This document shows, in pieces, positions 1-12,512 of a DNA stretch of 64,000 nt. A program made the translations under genes and the position numbers. The notes below the pieces were generated by a model. It made no database searches. It saw only the letters and a program-made list of their open reading frames with translations, and had not been told where the DNA came from. Source of the DNA: Cladosporium halotolerans. Its lineage: Eukaryota. The DNA is taken from contig NW_027191457.1 in assembly GCF_011745625.1 (NCBI RefSeq), forward strand, positions 434,001-498,000, read 5' to 3'. Every line of letters starts with the position of its first letter. The first letter of the stretch is position 1.

Positions 1-1269
1 CGATAGGCCATCTTTCACGGCAGGATTGAGCTGGGTGTCTGGATGCTCCTTTCGATGTGCAGCCACGGCCCTGTCGAAGTCGTTCAGCGTTTGAAACAAG
101 GCTTTCTTGTTTTTCAGGCCATCTTCTCCGAGCTTATCAGCCAATTCCTCAACACTCGTAGCCCAGGTCTTCCTAACGATCTCATCTCTGTATTCCTCAG
201 CCCTCAGCCACTTCTGCCCTTCTTTTCCCCAAATTTGCCACGCCACTCCGCCCGGCTGCTCAAGAATCGCTCTTCCGAACTTGGCATAAGTGTAATTCCT
301 CAGATCAATGCCCTCATCCACAAACCTCTCCCCTTCGGCATTCACCATAATCCCCAAAGGATATCCACTCTTCGTGAACTCATTCGTCTTCTCCCGATCA
401 CCTCCATCCGCCGGTGAATCATAATCCCACGCCGTACTATGACACCCGCCCGAACTGAAATCCCCAACCAGCTTCGCACCAACCTTCTGCGCCGCCAAAA
501 TCATGTCTCCAGTATTATACGGCGTACCCCTCGTATGCGCTCTCTCCCAGCCTTCGGCCAAAAACCTCCTCCTCAGCTCCGGATTCGCCTCAAAACCGCC
601 CGCACAAAGCACCACGCTCCCCGCTCTCAATACCTCCCTCTCTTGACTGCCCTCCCTCCTAACCACAACGCCCTCCACCCTCCCTCCCTCCCCAACAACC
701 AACTCCTCCCCCTTCACCCCAAACTCCACCACTCCCCCGGCAGCCCTCACAGCCCCCAGCAGCGCCTTGATCAACCCCTTCCCGCCACCCCCCGCAACAC
801 TCAAACACAGCCCGCCCCAAAACCGCCACCGCCCCTCAACCTCAAACGCCTGCCTGCGAAAACTCATCTCCCAATCCACACCGCCCACCTCCCGCAACCA
901 CCTGACCAACCCCAGACTCTCCCCCACCACAACCCGCCCCAGCCTCTCCTCGCTCCTCCCACCCGTCACCCGCTCCAAATCTCCCAGAAACTGCCCCTCC
1001 GTGTACGCCTCCAGGTCGACCTTGCCCGCCAGCTCGGCCGGCACGTTCGACACGAGCGGCAGGATGTCCGCCAGGCCGGCGTGCGCGACGCGGTAGGCGC
1101 CCGCGGTGAAGTAGCCGTTGCCGCCGGCCCAGGGCTCGGGGGCTTTTTCGAGGAGGCGGACGCGCGGGCGGGCGGTGTTGGGGGGCAGCGGGCAGGTGAG
1201 GGCTTCGAGGGCGGTGGTTAGGGCGGCGGCGCCGGAGCCGAGGATCAGGATGTCGGGGTGTTGGGGCAT
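1..1269 (-). CDS. FAD-dependent oxidoreductase, TcuA/CobZ (tricarballylate dehydrogenase)-like; C-terminus lies beyond the left edge
   Basis: Absent from the ORF track because no stop falls in the window. Manual minus-strand translation from ATG 1269: MPQHPDILILGSGAAALTTALEA (FAD-binding Rossmann start), LLEKAPEPWAGGNGYFTAGAYR, VVLCAGGFEANPELRRRFL, RGTPYNTGD, CHSTAWD, YPLGIMVNAEGERFVDEGIDLRNYTYAKFGRAILEQPG. These blocks match the TcuA/CobZ subfamily. No intron in the visible part. Confidence 0.85.
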   Translation of the reverse strand, partial: MPQHPDILILGSGAAALTTALEALTCPLPPNTARPRVRLLEKAPEPWAGGNGYFTAGAYRVAHAGLADILPLVSNVPAELAGKVDLEAYTEGQFLGDLERVTGGRSEERLGRVVVGESLGLVRWLREVGGVDWEMSFRRQAFEVEGRWRFWGGLCLSVAGGGGKGLIKALLGAVRAAGGVVEFGVKGEELVVGEGGRVEGVVVRREGSQEREVLRAGSVVLCAGGFEANPELRRRFLAEGWERAHTRGTPYNTGDMILAAQKVGAKLVGDFSSGGCHSTAWDYDSPADGGDREKTNEFTKSGYPLGIMVNAEGERFVDEGIDLRNYTYAKFGRAILEQPGGVAWQIWGKEGQKWLRAEEYRDEIVRKTWATSVEELADKLGEDGLKNKKALFQTLNDFDRAVAAHRKEHPDTQLNPAVKDGLS

Positions 1270-2175
1270 TTTTTTGTTTGGACGAGGGGGTTTTTGGGGG
1301 GTGGCTGGTAGTTGAGAGGTTTTGCTTGCTTGCGAGGATGGTGTTGTGTACGGTGGCGATGGTTGGAGGAGAAGGATGCCGGGTACAGTCGCGATTGAGT
1401 GTAGACGTCGATTGTCGGTATCGCTCGATGCTGTCCAGTGTCAAACGACGATCGTGGAACAAGTGCTATGAACCACAAGCTCAATGGCTGTAGGATTAAT
1501 TCGATCTCTAACGATATGAGTCCGCAAGCTACAAGTACGAACAAGAAACGAACCACAAACTCAACAACATCCCATCGCCTTTAAAACCAAAAAAGAAACC
1601 AACCTCCACGGCCCACAACATCCCACGGCACCTTCCAACACACCCCGATTACCCATCGAACTCCATTCCCTCACTACACACAGTCGCAAGTCCACCGTCC
1701 ACGCGCCGGTACCCGGACTTAACGCCCAGCGACATCGGTCGCCTCGGCCAAAAGTCCCCACGACCACTGACCACCGACCTCCAGCTCCAGCTGACTGACG
1801 AACCACCAAACCCAGCAAAACCCCGCAGCAACAGCCCTCCCCCAGCCCTGCACGTCTCACGTGCATCCGCTACCACATCTCATAAATCACATACATTACA
1901 TGCGCATGCATGCACGCTGACGGGCGCTTAAGCACGCATGCTTGCAAGCGGTCTGGGCCTGCTGCTGCTGTGCGTCTTACTTCGCGGTGAGGAGGCGTTG
2001 TGGGGATGGAGGTAGGGTGGTCGTGAGAGAGATGGGAGGGAGAGGAGGAGGCGCTGGGTCGCGTGACTTTGAGCGTCTGATGAGGTACCTAGGTGGATGG
2101 CTGCGAGGTGGTGCGGACGCGGACCCATTGGGATATGGAATTGGTGTGCACCTGCTGAGGCCAAGTTGGTGCTTC

Positions 2176-2207
2176 GCTGTGCTGTGCTGTGCTGTGCTGT
2201 GCTGTGC
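2176..2207. repeat. (GCTGT)6 pentanucleotide microsatellite
   Basis: Six tandem GCTGT units plus GC read directly; this is the source of the HSTAQ repeats in spurious ORFs. Confidence 0.9.
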
Positions 2208-3206
2208 ACGCTGGGGAGGAGGGCGCAGACGTTGGAGTTTGCGAGACGGAAAGGACGAGAGTGAGAGAGATCGTGTAAATGCCCATGAAAACAACCAGTT
2301 CAATACGCCATATTCGCTAACCTCGTCCGCTCAAAAGCCATCATAACTAGTAGGTAGGATCGATCGGAAGCCTCTCGAAGAAGGGGAAAAAACCGCTCCC
2401 CCGTAATGCCAGCCTGGAATCCCCCCCGGCTAGGAATGCTCCCTGTCCGCCCCGTCCGCCGTATGCCCCCCTTTCCCATCCAGACCCCGCAAACCCTAGG
2501 TGTGATATCGAGAGAACCCAGCCCAAAGCCCGTTCGAGACGAGAGGAGTGGAGAAGAAGCAGAAGCGGATCGTCCACGCAAATGAAGCGAAGCCCCAAAA
2601 AAGGGAGCATCTCAGCTCCCATCGCGTATTTCCTGCGAACTTTTCTCGCAGTTTGTGCAAAATGCGTACCATGGAAGAAGAAAAAGAATCAAGCCGAAAG
2701 CCGTCCGTTCGCATTCGTGAGAAGAGAAGGGAGTAGCTTCGTCGTCAAGTTCATGATCCTAGGTTCCTGGTGCAACAAGCCAAAAAAGCAAAAGCGAGCA
2801 AAAACAATCAAATATCCCCAATCTATTGTGCTGCTCCGTTTCCCCAAAGCCGAGAAAGCCTGAACGCCGACGCAGGGAAAAACCGGACCAAAAAACGGTA
2901 AAACGCTAAGAGTGCAGATTCCAAAAGTAGAAATGTCGCAGGTAACAAAAACCAAGGTGTACGGTTCGGGCAAGTCGTTGTAGTCGAGCCCGGTGTCTCT
3001 GTTTTGTCGGCTGCTGGATCTTTCGATACGGCGGTCGGCGGGTGATGAGACGGGGTTGTGTGCGGGAAATGAATCCAGCACATTTTGATGTATTCCAGAA
3101 CGTCCTTTCGGGGTAGAGACAGACGTCTTGATGAGGAAACGTATACAAGTCGAAAGAGTCATGTGCGTAATACAATGCTCCGACGACAAGTGATGCCGTG
3201 CCCGAA

Positions 3207-5463
3207 TCAGCCACGAATGGCGGTGGGCTGAGGCGAGTCGAAGTAGCCGTCGCGCATGCTGTTCGGGTAAGGATATCCAAAGCTGGAAGGCGAAGCGGCG
3301 CGGTGGGTGTAGTCCTGGGTGAAAGGCGATGGCGAGGCGGAGCGAGAAACGAAGTTGTTCAACGCGGAAGCCGCCCCTTTCTGCTCGCTGCTCACATCGA
3401 CAGGAGTGCAGGGAGAGCATGATCCAGAAGATGCTGTCGAGACAGAAGCATCGTCGTCCGTGCCGTCGGCGGCGGCAGGTTTGTTGGTGTAGCGACTGGT
3501 CTGAGGCGATGAGAAACCCTTCCCAGTCCCAGCGGAGGTGAACTGGGATAGTATGGTCAGCTCAAGACCCTGCGGATGCGACTCGGGTGGTGACGCCTGG
3601 TGAGCTGACACCTGCCGAGGCCGGTCGGTTACTGGAAGAACCTACGTAGCAGAACTTCTGGACGAGGTCACGATACTGAGCCGAGCCCATGGCCGGGCGG
3701 TCGACGCCACCACCGCTGACGCTGAAGTCGGGTTTCTCGTCTTTCGTGGCGAGAGGTCCTTCGTTGCGCTCCTGAAGCCCGAAGTAACTGTCGGTCGACT
3801 TTTGAGATGTGGCGTTCATAAGGCCACTGCTGCGGCCGAGCCTGTCTTGGGCAGAGGAGAGCGCAGCGGACAGCGACGCGCCAAAGTCATATCGGCCACC
3901 AAGGTTGTTGTGAGAAGTGTTGGGGCCATCGGTGAACATCGCAGCCCTCTTCGGCTTGGGCTTCAGCTTGATAGAGCCACCAGACTCGGTCAAGATCTTG
4001 TCAGGTGTGCTGAACTGGTACGCGGATCCCATGTCGAAGCGAGCACCGAACTCATCGTCGGTGGACTCCGAGCGGCCGCGACCACTTGAAGAGCTGGGTG
4101 GCAAATGCCGGCTGCGGGGAATGGCGGCGAGCGGTCTGGCTCCAAGCGATGAGTTGGGAAGCATCTTGGATTTCTTTGTGGCCTTGACAAAGTCGATCTG
4201 GTAGTTACGGTCGCTGTTGTTGTCCCAGAAGTCTTGGCCATTGACGTTGTAGCGCACACAGAGAAGCATGGTCTTGCTCTCGATGTTCGCCGAGTCGGAC
4301 AACTTGATGTTGAAGTTGAACTTATCGCAGCCATCGCTAGACTGTTGTGCGTGGTCGTTGTTGTATTCGCCAACGACCTCGGAGGTAGTCTTCCACTGAT
4401 CGAGCGTGAAGCGGGCGACGACCAATTTCTGGAAGGAAATGTTCTGAACGGCAACAGTGCCAACCAGGGTCTCCTTGTCTGGCGAGAGGAAGAGGCGCTC
4501 CACTCGTACTGGCATGAGCTTTCGCTCGAAGCTGTCTTGAGGGAAGTTGGAGAGCTTGATTTCACGTGCGGTCTTGCCATTGCTGTCGAAGGGGTATTCA
4601 GTCTCGCTGTCGTATGTCTCGACAGGGGATGAGCCAGCCGACACAGCCATTGGCTTGTCGACCTGAAGGAAATGCCGTGTTTGGTTGTCGCTGTCGTTGA
4701 AGTGCACCGATTTGTGGTAGGTGGGAGTGCCAGGCATGCTGGAGTACCTCCTGCGAGAGGAGGGCCTCAACGCGGGCTTGACCAACTCACCAGACTTCTT
4801 GCGCACGAGCGAAGGCTTGCTGAGAGGGCCATCGTCGTCCTCGTCGCTATCGTCAGTGGTTCCAGTAGGTGATTCGACAAAGGTAGGCCTCGAGATCACA
4901 ATCTCGGCGGTGCTGGACCGCGAGTGTGAGATTTTGCGGGCTTCGGGTGTGAGGGCGGTAGGTGAGGTCGTCTGGGACACGGGCTCCGACTCAGTTCGCT
5001 GGATGTGGTTGCCGACCTTGTCCGGAGAGCCCTCTCTCCGCAAGTCGATCGATCGGACGGCTTTCTGAAGCTCTGCAATCTCAAGCTCACGCCCTCGCTC
5101 CTTCCCTTCTTCGCCGTCGGAATTGTCCGAATCGGGAGGAGAGATCACGGCGCCCGTGGGCATGACGAGGTCGTTGACAGGCGGTGGCGATTGTCGGACA
5201 CTACTGCGGAGAGCGAAATCCATGGCTTGAACGGCGGGTGGTGTGGTCTCGGTCGGCGTAGGCGGGCCGTCGGCTCTGCTGATCGAGGGTGTCCGCCTCT
5301 GTCGGTTCATATACGAGGCAGAGGAGTGAGAGCGAGGGAGTCGAGGGCGGCCAGTAATCGGTGATCGGGGGACATCTTCACTGATGGACGAACTCCGGCT
5401 GGCGACGGGACTGACTGACATGGAGGAAGCAGGTGACTGCTGGGAAGGCGGCGTGTACGGCAT
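3207..5463 (-). CDS. GAC1: Protein phosphatase 1 glycogen-targeting regulatory subunit (Gac1-like, CBM21); exons 5463-3646 and 3542-3207, about 717 aa
   Basis: Starts MPYTPPS; LVRKKSGELVKPALR; RVxF-type PP1 docking motif KSVHF; CBM21 blocks GTVAVQNISFQKLVVARFTLDQW and CVRYNVNGQDFWDNN. Intron 3645-3543 (GTAGGT...CTGAC...CAG) joins YRDLVQKFCY to FTSAG...PTAIRG*. Confidence 0.88.
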
Positions 5464-8400
5464 CCTGTCCGGGCTATGTCGTGAGGGTCGAATGGTAGGG
5501 TGGTGGTGCGGGATATGTCGTGAGCGGCGCAAGGCGCATTAAAAGGTCGCGGCAGTAATTACAAGCACTGCATTGGGATTGGTCAGCGGGTGGTGCGACG
5601 AGTGGTGGTGAAGGCCGTGGGCTGACGGCATTGACGCAACGGGGACGCACAGAAAGATACAAAAGGCGGCGTCGAGGGCGATTGACGCTGCACCGGCGAG
5701 GCGATGGCCTGGAGGAGCTGTAGGGATCAGAGGGCGGGTCGAGTCGAGCGCAGCAAGTGAATGCCGGCAAGCCGATGGGAGGAGGAGAGCTGGGGAGTGA
5801 GTCCGTGGCTGAGACGGCGGACGCAGCGGCGGAGGCAGGCGGGATCCAGGTGTTTCAACGCTGGAAGGCGGCCTGCAGGCGTGCGGATGTCTGTCTGGGG
5901 AGCGACGTGAGGCTCGACCCAACAACAGCACAAGCAGCGACGGCGGCAGCAACAACAACGGGCAGCAGCGCCGGAGGAGGTTTGGGGAGAGAGAGCAGCG
6001 TACGCGGGCCCGGGCGGGCAGTGGTATTATGTTGTAGGCCGCGCAGGGCAACGGCGGGCCCAGAAGCGCAAGGTTGCGGGCGCGAAAGGCAGTGCGCGGT
6101 GTTGAGGGCGGCGGGTGGAGGGTTGGACCACAGGCGTCGCAGACGGCCGTGCAGCACGACCGGGATGGGCGCAACTAGCGCGCGGGCACACGCACCTACA
6201 CCCAGGCTACAGGCCACACGCCCTCCACACACACACACGACCGCGATGCCTCTGCCGCCCGCCGCCCTCCCGGCGCCCTCGCACCGCACTGGCGAGCGCG
6301 GCGGGCAGCCCTCGAGTGCGTTGGGGGAGCAGTGCAGGCCGCGCGACGGTAGCGGCCATGCAGCCCGGCTGCGCCGGCCCAACTTTCGCAGCGCGCGTCG
6401 ATCCCAGAAAGCCACTCGCCCAGAATGCCAGATACTCGCCCGCAACCTTCCCGGCCGACCATGGGTACCTCTGCGACAAGCCACACCCGCCTGCACAACT
6501 CTGCTGCTGTCTCGGCACCTGCTGCTCTGCGGACATGCTCTCTGCGCATCTGTTCGAGGCCTCTTCTTTCTGCGATGCCCTCTCTCGCGCGCCCTTCCAT
6601 CGCAACACCCCCATCGCTTGCTCGTCCGCGCTCTTGAAACGCCGCCGGCACCGCCAACGTCATATCCATCGATGACATCCACTCTCGCGATCGCCGCGTG
6701 CGCCCGTTCGCGCTTGGCCCACTCGCTCGCCCCAGTCAAGCCACAGCGTCCGTGGCCAACCCCAGTGCCGTCGCCGCGAGTCTGACAGCCAGCGCCCGCC
6801 CTGACTCGCCCGTCCGTGCCCTCTGGCGCGTCCCAGCGCGCGGCTAACTCTTCGCGACTCTCCTCAGCCGCATGCTGCAGATATGTAGGAGGGAAGCATG
6901 CGGGTGCGCGGCAGAGCAGTCGCCGCGAACGTCGTCCTGGCGCACCGCTTCTCACACACAGCACTCCATGCCCGACGACGGGCGTCTCGCTCGCCGACCC
7001 ACGCCCGCGGTCGGCGACGACGATGACAAAAATAAGCCTCGCACGCCCCTGCCTCTGCACTCCGTACAGCGCAATCGCCGTTTGCGTGCGTCCGTGAGGC
7101 GGCGAACCGCGGTGCTGAGGAAGCGGTCGTGCCACCGCAGCTTGACGTGCGTGCTGAGCGTGGGGCGCAACGGCCTGCTGTCTCAGCGGCGGCCTGCGCG
7201 TGAAGCTTGATTGGCGCGCCCGCACCAGGCCCAAATCCTCACTCCTCCGCCCACACACGCACTCCCCTTCTCCAGATCCACCTCCAACTGGAGCGCATCT
7301 CCAATCTCGGCCGTACTCGCAATGGAGAAGTGTGGAATACCACCGACACTAAAATGTCCCTCCACCTCGTCAGGCGCAGCGGCAGTTCTCCAATTTCATC
7401 ACCGGACCCGCGAATGCGCGCCTGCGAGTCGGCCAGTCGACCTACCAAGCCACGCCATAACGCTCAACAAAACTCGTGGCTCGAGCGCCGCGTGAGATCT
7501 CCGCGCAACGAAATTATCTGACAATCTCACTTGTCTAGACCCGTACCAACCTCGCCAGTCTGCGACGCTGAGTGCGGGTACCTCGTGGCACAAATATTAA
7601 TGTATGCGCACTTATCGGCTGCCTACACTGCACTATACACACATCCACGGCACGACGCGAAATGTGTGCTTGGCGAGATACTCGAGATTACCTGCGTGTG
7701 CGCTCCCATGTAGGCTTGTAGGCTGTTTGAGCAGCAGTAATGGTTCCACGCGCTTGCTGGCATACTGTACGCCATCGGCGATAACTCCTCAGCTAAGGAT
7801 GGAATTTTTTCTCCTGCTCGCTGGCCATCGCCCCGCTCAATTCCACCCTATACATCCCACCGCTCGACAGCATACGCAAGCCATCGTGATCCTGATTCTC
7901 GATTTCGATTCTCGTTGATCGTGCCACGACAATGGCGATAACAGCACGGTAGTTCGCGGTCCCAGCCTCCGCGCCATGGTCGCCGAACACAGGCCTCCCA
8001 CGCCCGCCCAGCTTTGGTTCAGTGCCACTCCGGATGCCGGAACCGCTTACGAGCACGGACGACAGCTTAATCAACACCCCGGTCGACTCTGCTTACTATC
8101 ACACGGCGCCGCAAAAGTGAACTGCCTACCCGACTCTTCATGAAACCAGAACTAGATGGTCATGAGGTCTGTGTTTCCCCGCTCTGCCATTTGCACGTCG
8201 CTGGAGTCAGCTCCGCCCGCAAACATTGACCAAACCGGATTGTTGTTGATAGCAAGTGCGCTCGCCTTTGCCACTGCCCCGCGCGCGCCACAACACGAAT
8301 CCTCATGCACGCCAAACGTCTCGGCCAGCGGTATTGGCAAGCCTCGAAAGCCTCCAAACGTGGCCCTTCATGCTCGAGCCCTGCTATTGCAGCCGCTTAT

Positions 8401-11400
8401 TTCGGAGCGTGCACCTTCCTTATGCCGCTTTGAGGCGTACAGGATCGCATAGTCGCTCCAGCAAGCCCTCGCCTCGTGCCGTGGGCGGCGCGAGTACACC
8501 CACCTTTTGCGACGCCGGCCGGGAGCCGAAGGCAGCCCTTTGTTCCAGCCTCGCGTGATGAAGCCCAGAACTGCCAAAAGCTACCCCTCCTTTGGCGTCG
8601 AGGCGCCTATTCGCTAAGGACATGCTTGCCATAGCTGATTGGCAGCTCAAGGATTTCTGTTCACCGCGCGACGGCTGATGGTTGCCTCCAAGGCGGCTTC
8701 TTTCTTGAGATCGTCAGGACCAGATTCTCGAAGAAGCCTGCGCTCGGTTACATGTGCCGAGGAGATCTACCAGACCATTACATGTCTCCATGCTTGACTA
8801 CAGTGCAGGCGCGTGGCAGTGGCGTCGCCAGGCTGGGTCAACGAGGTTTTGATGGCCATTCGCAACTAACTCCGCCAAAGTCATGACATGTAGACTGTCG
8901 GCCGGGCTTCCGACGTTGTACATTGGAAGCAATCCCCGCCATGGTCTAGCAATGCGAGACCCCCGGCCAAAGCGAAAGTTTACCAGAGACCAATAGCCGG
9001 CTCTTCGACAACCCGCAAAAAGCGACGAGGCCCGCGCAACTCAGCTCTCCATGGCATGCGCGGCCTCAAACATCATTCGTCACAATCGTGCTTGCAAGCC
9101 ATCCCTTGACTTGCCGCGATACTTTGACCTACAGACCAGAAAGGGATTGCATAACTCTGCGAAAGCCGCAATTATGCACGCACCGCCACAGCTTTGGTCG
9201 TACCAGAAACATTCAGAGGTACCTCCGCAAGTACCGCCGTGGTACCCAACAGATTGCCGTTGCTTCCTCGCCTGCGTCTGGACCCGACACCGCAACGATA
9301 AGGGTCCGGCGCCAACAACTTCAAGGGGATCTTGGGGTGCATTAGACACGGGGCAAAGATCTCATTCCGGCGCGCTCTCTCCAGGCTTCTCCACTCCTCC
9401 CTGGAGCGTTGCGCGTGTGGTATAGATGTATCAGTGGATCCGTCTGGAGATCTCCAGACTCCAACAAACCCTGCCCACTGACGCGGAATCCCTGACCGCC
9501 TCCGTCAAGTAACGCCGAGACGCCCCTCAACAGCCTGGGATCATCACCAATACCACACACAGGCGTGACAGGGTCCAGGATTACTGTAGGTCGTGGACAA
9601 ACTCTCGGATACCGTCCGCTGTAGACGCGCTGTGGTGTTCGACGCCTTGGGCAGCTCTTCCGTCGCACGACAGCGTCTGCATGCACTCCGCACGGAAGGA
9701 CAAGACGACGACGCCTCAAGGCGCTTGGCCATCACACTTCGCAGGCGCACGACATACTCGAGTGCCAGGGCCTGCTGCTGTATGGCGTTCGTATGCTGGT
9801 GTATTACCCTGCACCACGGCTCTCGGCAACCACCGCATCGGTGCCTTGGAACGCTGCTGTCTCCTTCCCCTCCTGTTTGCCTGACCGCTTACTTCCCCGA
9901 CGAGCTTTGCAATGTGGCAAATCACGGTGGCAACGTGCATGCTGCCGCAAGTATGTAGGAGAGCAATCTCACGCGCTGCTGTGACACACCGATTCGTGAG
10001 CTGCAAAACATATCCCCATTCGCCATCTAATCTGCTGCAGTGCGCGGAGCACGCCGCTCTCCGATCAAGGCGTCTGGATGGCTGCAGGGTAAGGCTCACC
10101 CTACATACATGATGGCACAGCTCGTATGTGCGCGTATGTACAGCAGCCAGGACCACACAGCATGCAAGAGCGCACCCAGCTCGCGTGCTCGCGCACGTCC
10201 AATAAATGAACGCCCGCAAATCACCGCGCCATGTTGATCAGATACGCGACTATAGAAGTGTGATGTGTGATCAGCAGCAGGGAGGAGCGCGCGCGCGCGA
10301 ACACACACAGGCATGCCCCACTCTCGCCGCTCTCAACCAACGCCAACGTTGCGTTTCCGCGACCACAGATCCTGACGATCCGCTCCCCAGACTCCCCTCC
10401 CTTCTCCACGCCCCACCAGGTGGACCCTCATTCACATGCCAACAGAAAACTATGCACGCCAGCAGCGCCCGGCCCCCCTCTCCTCGACAATATAATAATA
10501 TTAATCCCCGTCGCCACTCGTGCGCCCGCGCGCATGCGTGGCGCCTGTTTACCCCACAGTCAGAGCGACGGTGGCGTTCGCGTTGAGCAGACCGTTGCGC
10601 GCGCGATGGCGCCATGGCTTGCCACCCTCTAGACCTCTGCGGTATGCGGATCCGACGGGCGGCGAGGGAAGGGTTCAGCAGGGCGCTTCGACGCTCTGCT
10701 CGTCCTGGCTGCTGTGAGGATCAGGGTCTGCGGTGTTACAGGTTTGTGATTATGTGCGCGTGCGGAACGAGACGAGCTCACGTGAGCGCTCCGTCTCCGG
10801 CCTGCCTCCTGCCTCCTGGCCCCGGAGCGGGTCTGCTACATCTCCACAGCACTATAGTATCTCGTACAGTATGTATGTACAGTCGCCGCGGTCCCATGGG
10901 GATCCAAGTGGGTACATCAGGCCCGCCCTTCAATAATTGCACAATGTCAATCACCGACGAAACACGGGCCAGCACCAGCCAGCGCTCCTGTCAACAACTT
11001 CACCCAACAAACGCCGCCGCATCGCCCAACTCCGCGGCGGTGGCCGACACACGCCCTCCCGCTCCAAGACAGGAGTTCTGGGCTCCGCCGCGGTAGCGAT
11101 GTCCATCCTTCGCTGAAACGCACCGTCTCATCACCAAAGCAAGCCTCGTCCCTCGTACCCCTCACTCCTACTACTACATACAATCAACGCGAACGCCGCC
11201 TCCCATCACCCCTCGCGCCTACAGCAGAGGACCTTACCTATATCGCTCGGTCCGATATGCACACGACTGCGCGGCTGCAGCTGTGGCGTGCGCGCGCATT
11301 TGCGCCGAGCTCGTCAGCTCCTCACTCGTCCTCCGCTTCGAGTCGGATACCGTAGCTCGCCCTCCCAGCGTGAACAATACAAATGAGCGGCTGCTCTACG

Positions 11401-12512
11401 GTCGCAGTCGCAGCGTCGCCGGTATCGCCGGCGTCGTTGTTTTTGACCACGGTCTCGGCGCTGCGCGCCTGTCGATCAGGGTTCAGGGCCCCCGGCCGCT
11501 ACTGTGGGTGAAGTGTGAGGCGTGAAGCGTGCTTATGTCCGGCAGGGGGGTCGACGTCGCTCTGGCTGGCTTGGTTTTTTTGTTCTCTCTCTCTCAGGCA
11601 AGACGACGCGCAGAGGTGATGGCGGTGGCTTGGGATGGGCTGCTAGAGGGAGAAACGTGCGGTTTGCAGAACTGCAGACGCGGCGAATGCAGGGCGGCTT
11701 GGCTGGAGCGCGCGATTGCGACGCGGGCGTTCGTGCGGTCTGCATCGCTGCCGCTGGGCGCTGTTCGCTACCTGCCTTCCAAGACGACGGTGAGGTGCTG
11801 CTTTGTGAAGAGGGCTGCGCTCGTCGGATCGCGAAACGTGGTTGTGGGATCCTGACGACGCTGCTACTGGCTCGTGGCGGCAGCGGTGGCATGCGAGTGC
11901 GCACGTGGTGTGACCTTTCCATCTCACCTTGCCTTACCGCCGCCTCCTCCTCCGTCGAAGGCGGCGGGGCAAATGTCGTCTACTGGCAGGTATAGCATGG
12001 CTGCTGCACGTCGTCCTGTCTGCTGCACGTGAGATGTCAAAGCCAGAACGAGGCAGGCCGCAGCGGGTCGCCCTTCGCCGTCGCCTTCGGTCGCCGGGGT
12101 AGCTGCAGCGCTCACGTGAGTTCGAGTGTGGCCTTTGCTACGGCGGCTGGTTCGGCGCTCGTGAGGACTGCGATGCCGGATGGGATACGGAGTGCGGGAC
12201 TGTACATGTTGTGTCGTCGGGTCTGAATCCGAGAGATCACGTGCGCATGTGGGTGAAGTGTGAGACAGACCTGAGGATGAGGCTCTGCGGGCGGTTAGTA
12301 AGGCGCCTAACGCGATTGGGCGCTGGCGCTCGGCGCTGCTCGCCGGCCGCTGCGTGATGTCAGGGAAGTTTGGACGAGGTGCGGATTTGGGGATTGGAGA
12401 AACAATATCGCTTTACCTACGTTAGATAAACTGGCCAATTTATTCATCAAGAGGATCAAGAGCATCTAGCCTGTCTTTTTAACACCGACCTCAACCCAGC
12501 AATCGCACAACA

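Noticed and set aside
439..1221. 260-aa plus-strand ORF and overlapping 109-206-aa ORFs
   Set aside because: Shadows of the minus-strand TcuA-like gene; the Pro/Gln-rich composition just reflects base skew.
5539..7258. Long ORFs of 211, 342 and 467 aa upstream of the Gac1-like gene
   Set aside because: Arg/Ala/Pro/Cys-rich with no domain or codon pattern and overlapping on both strands, as expected from stop depletion in GC-rich non-coding DNA.
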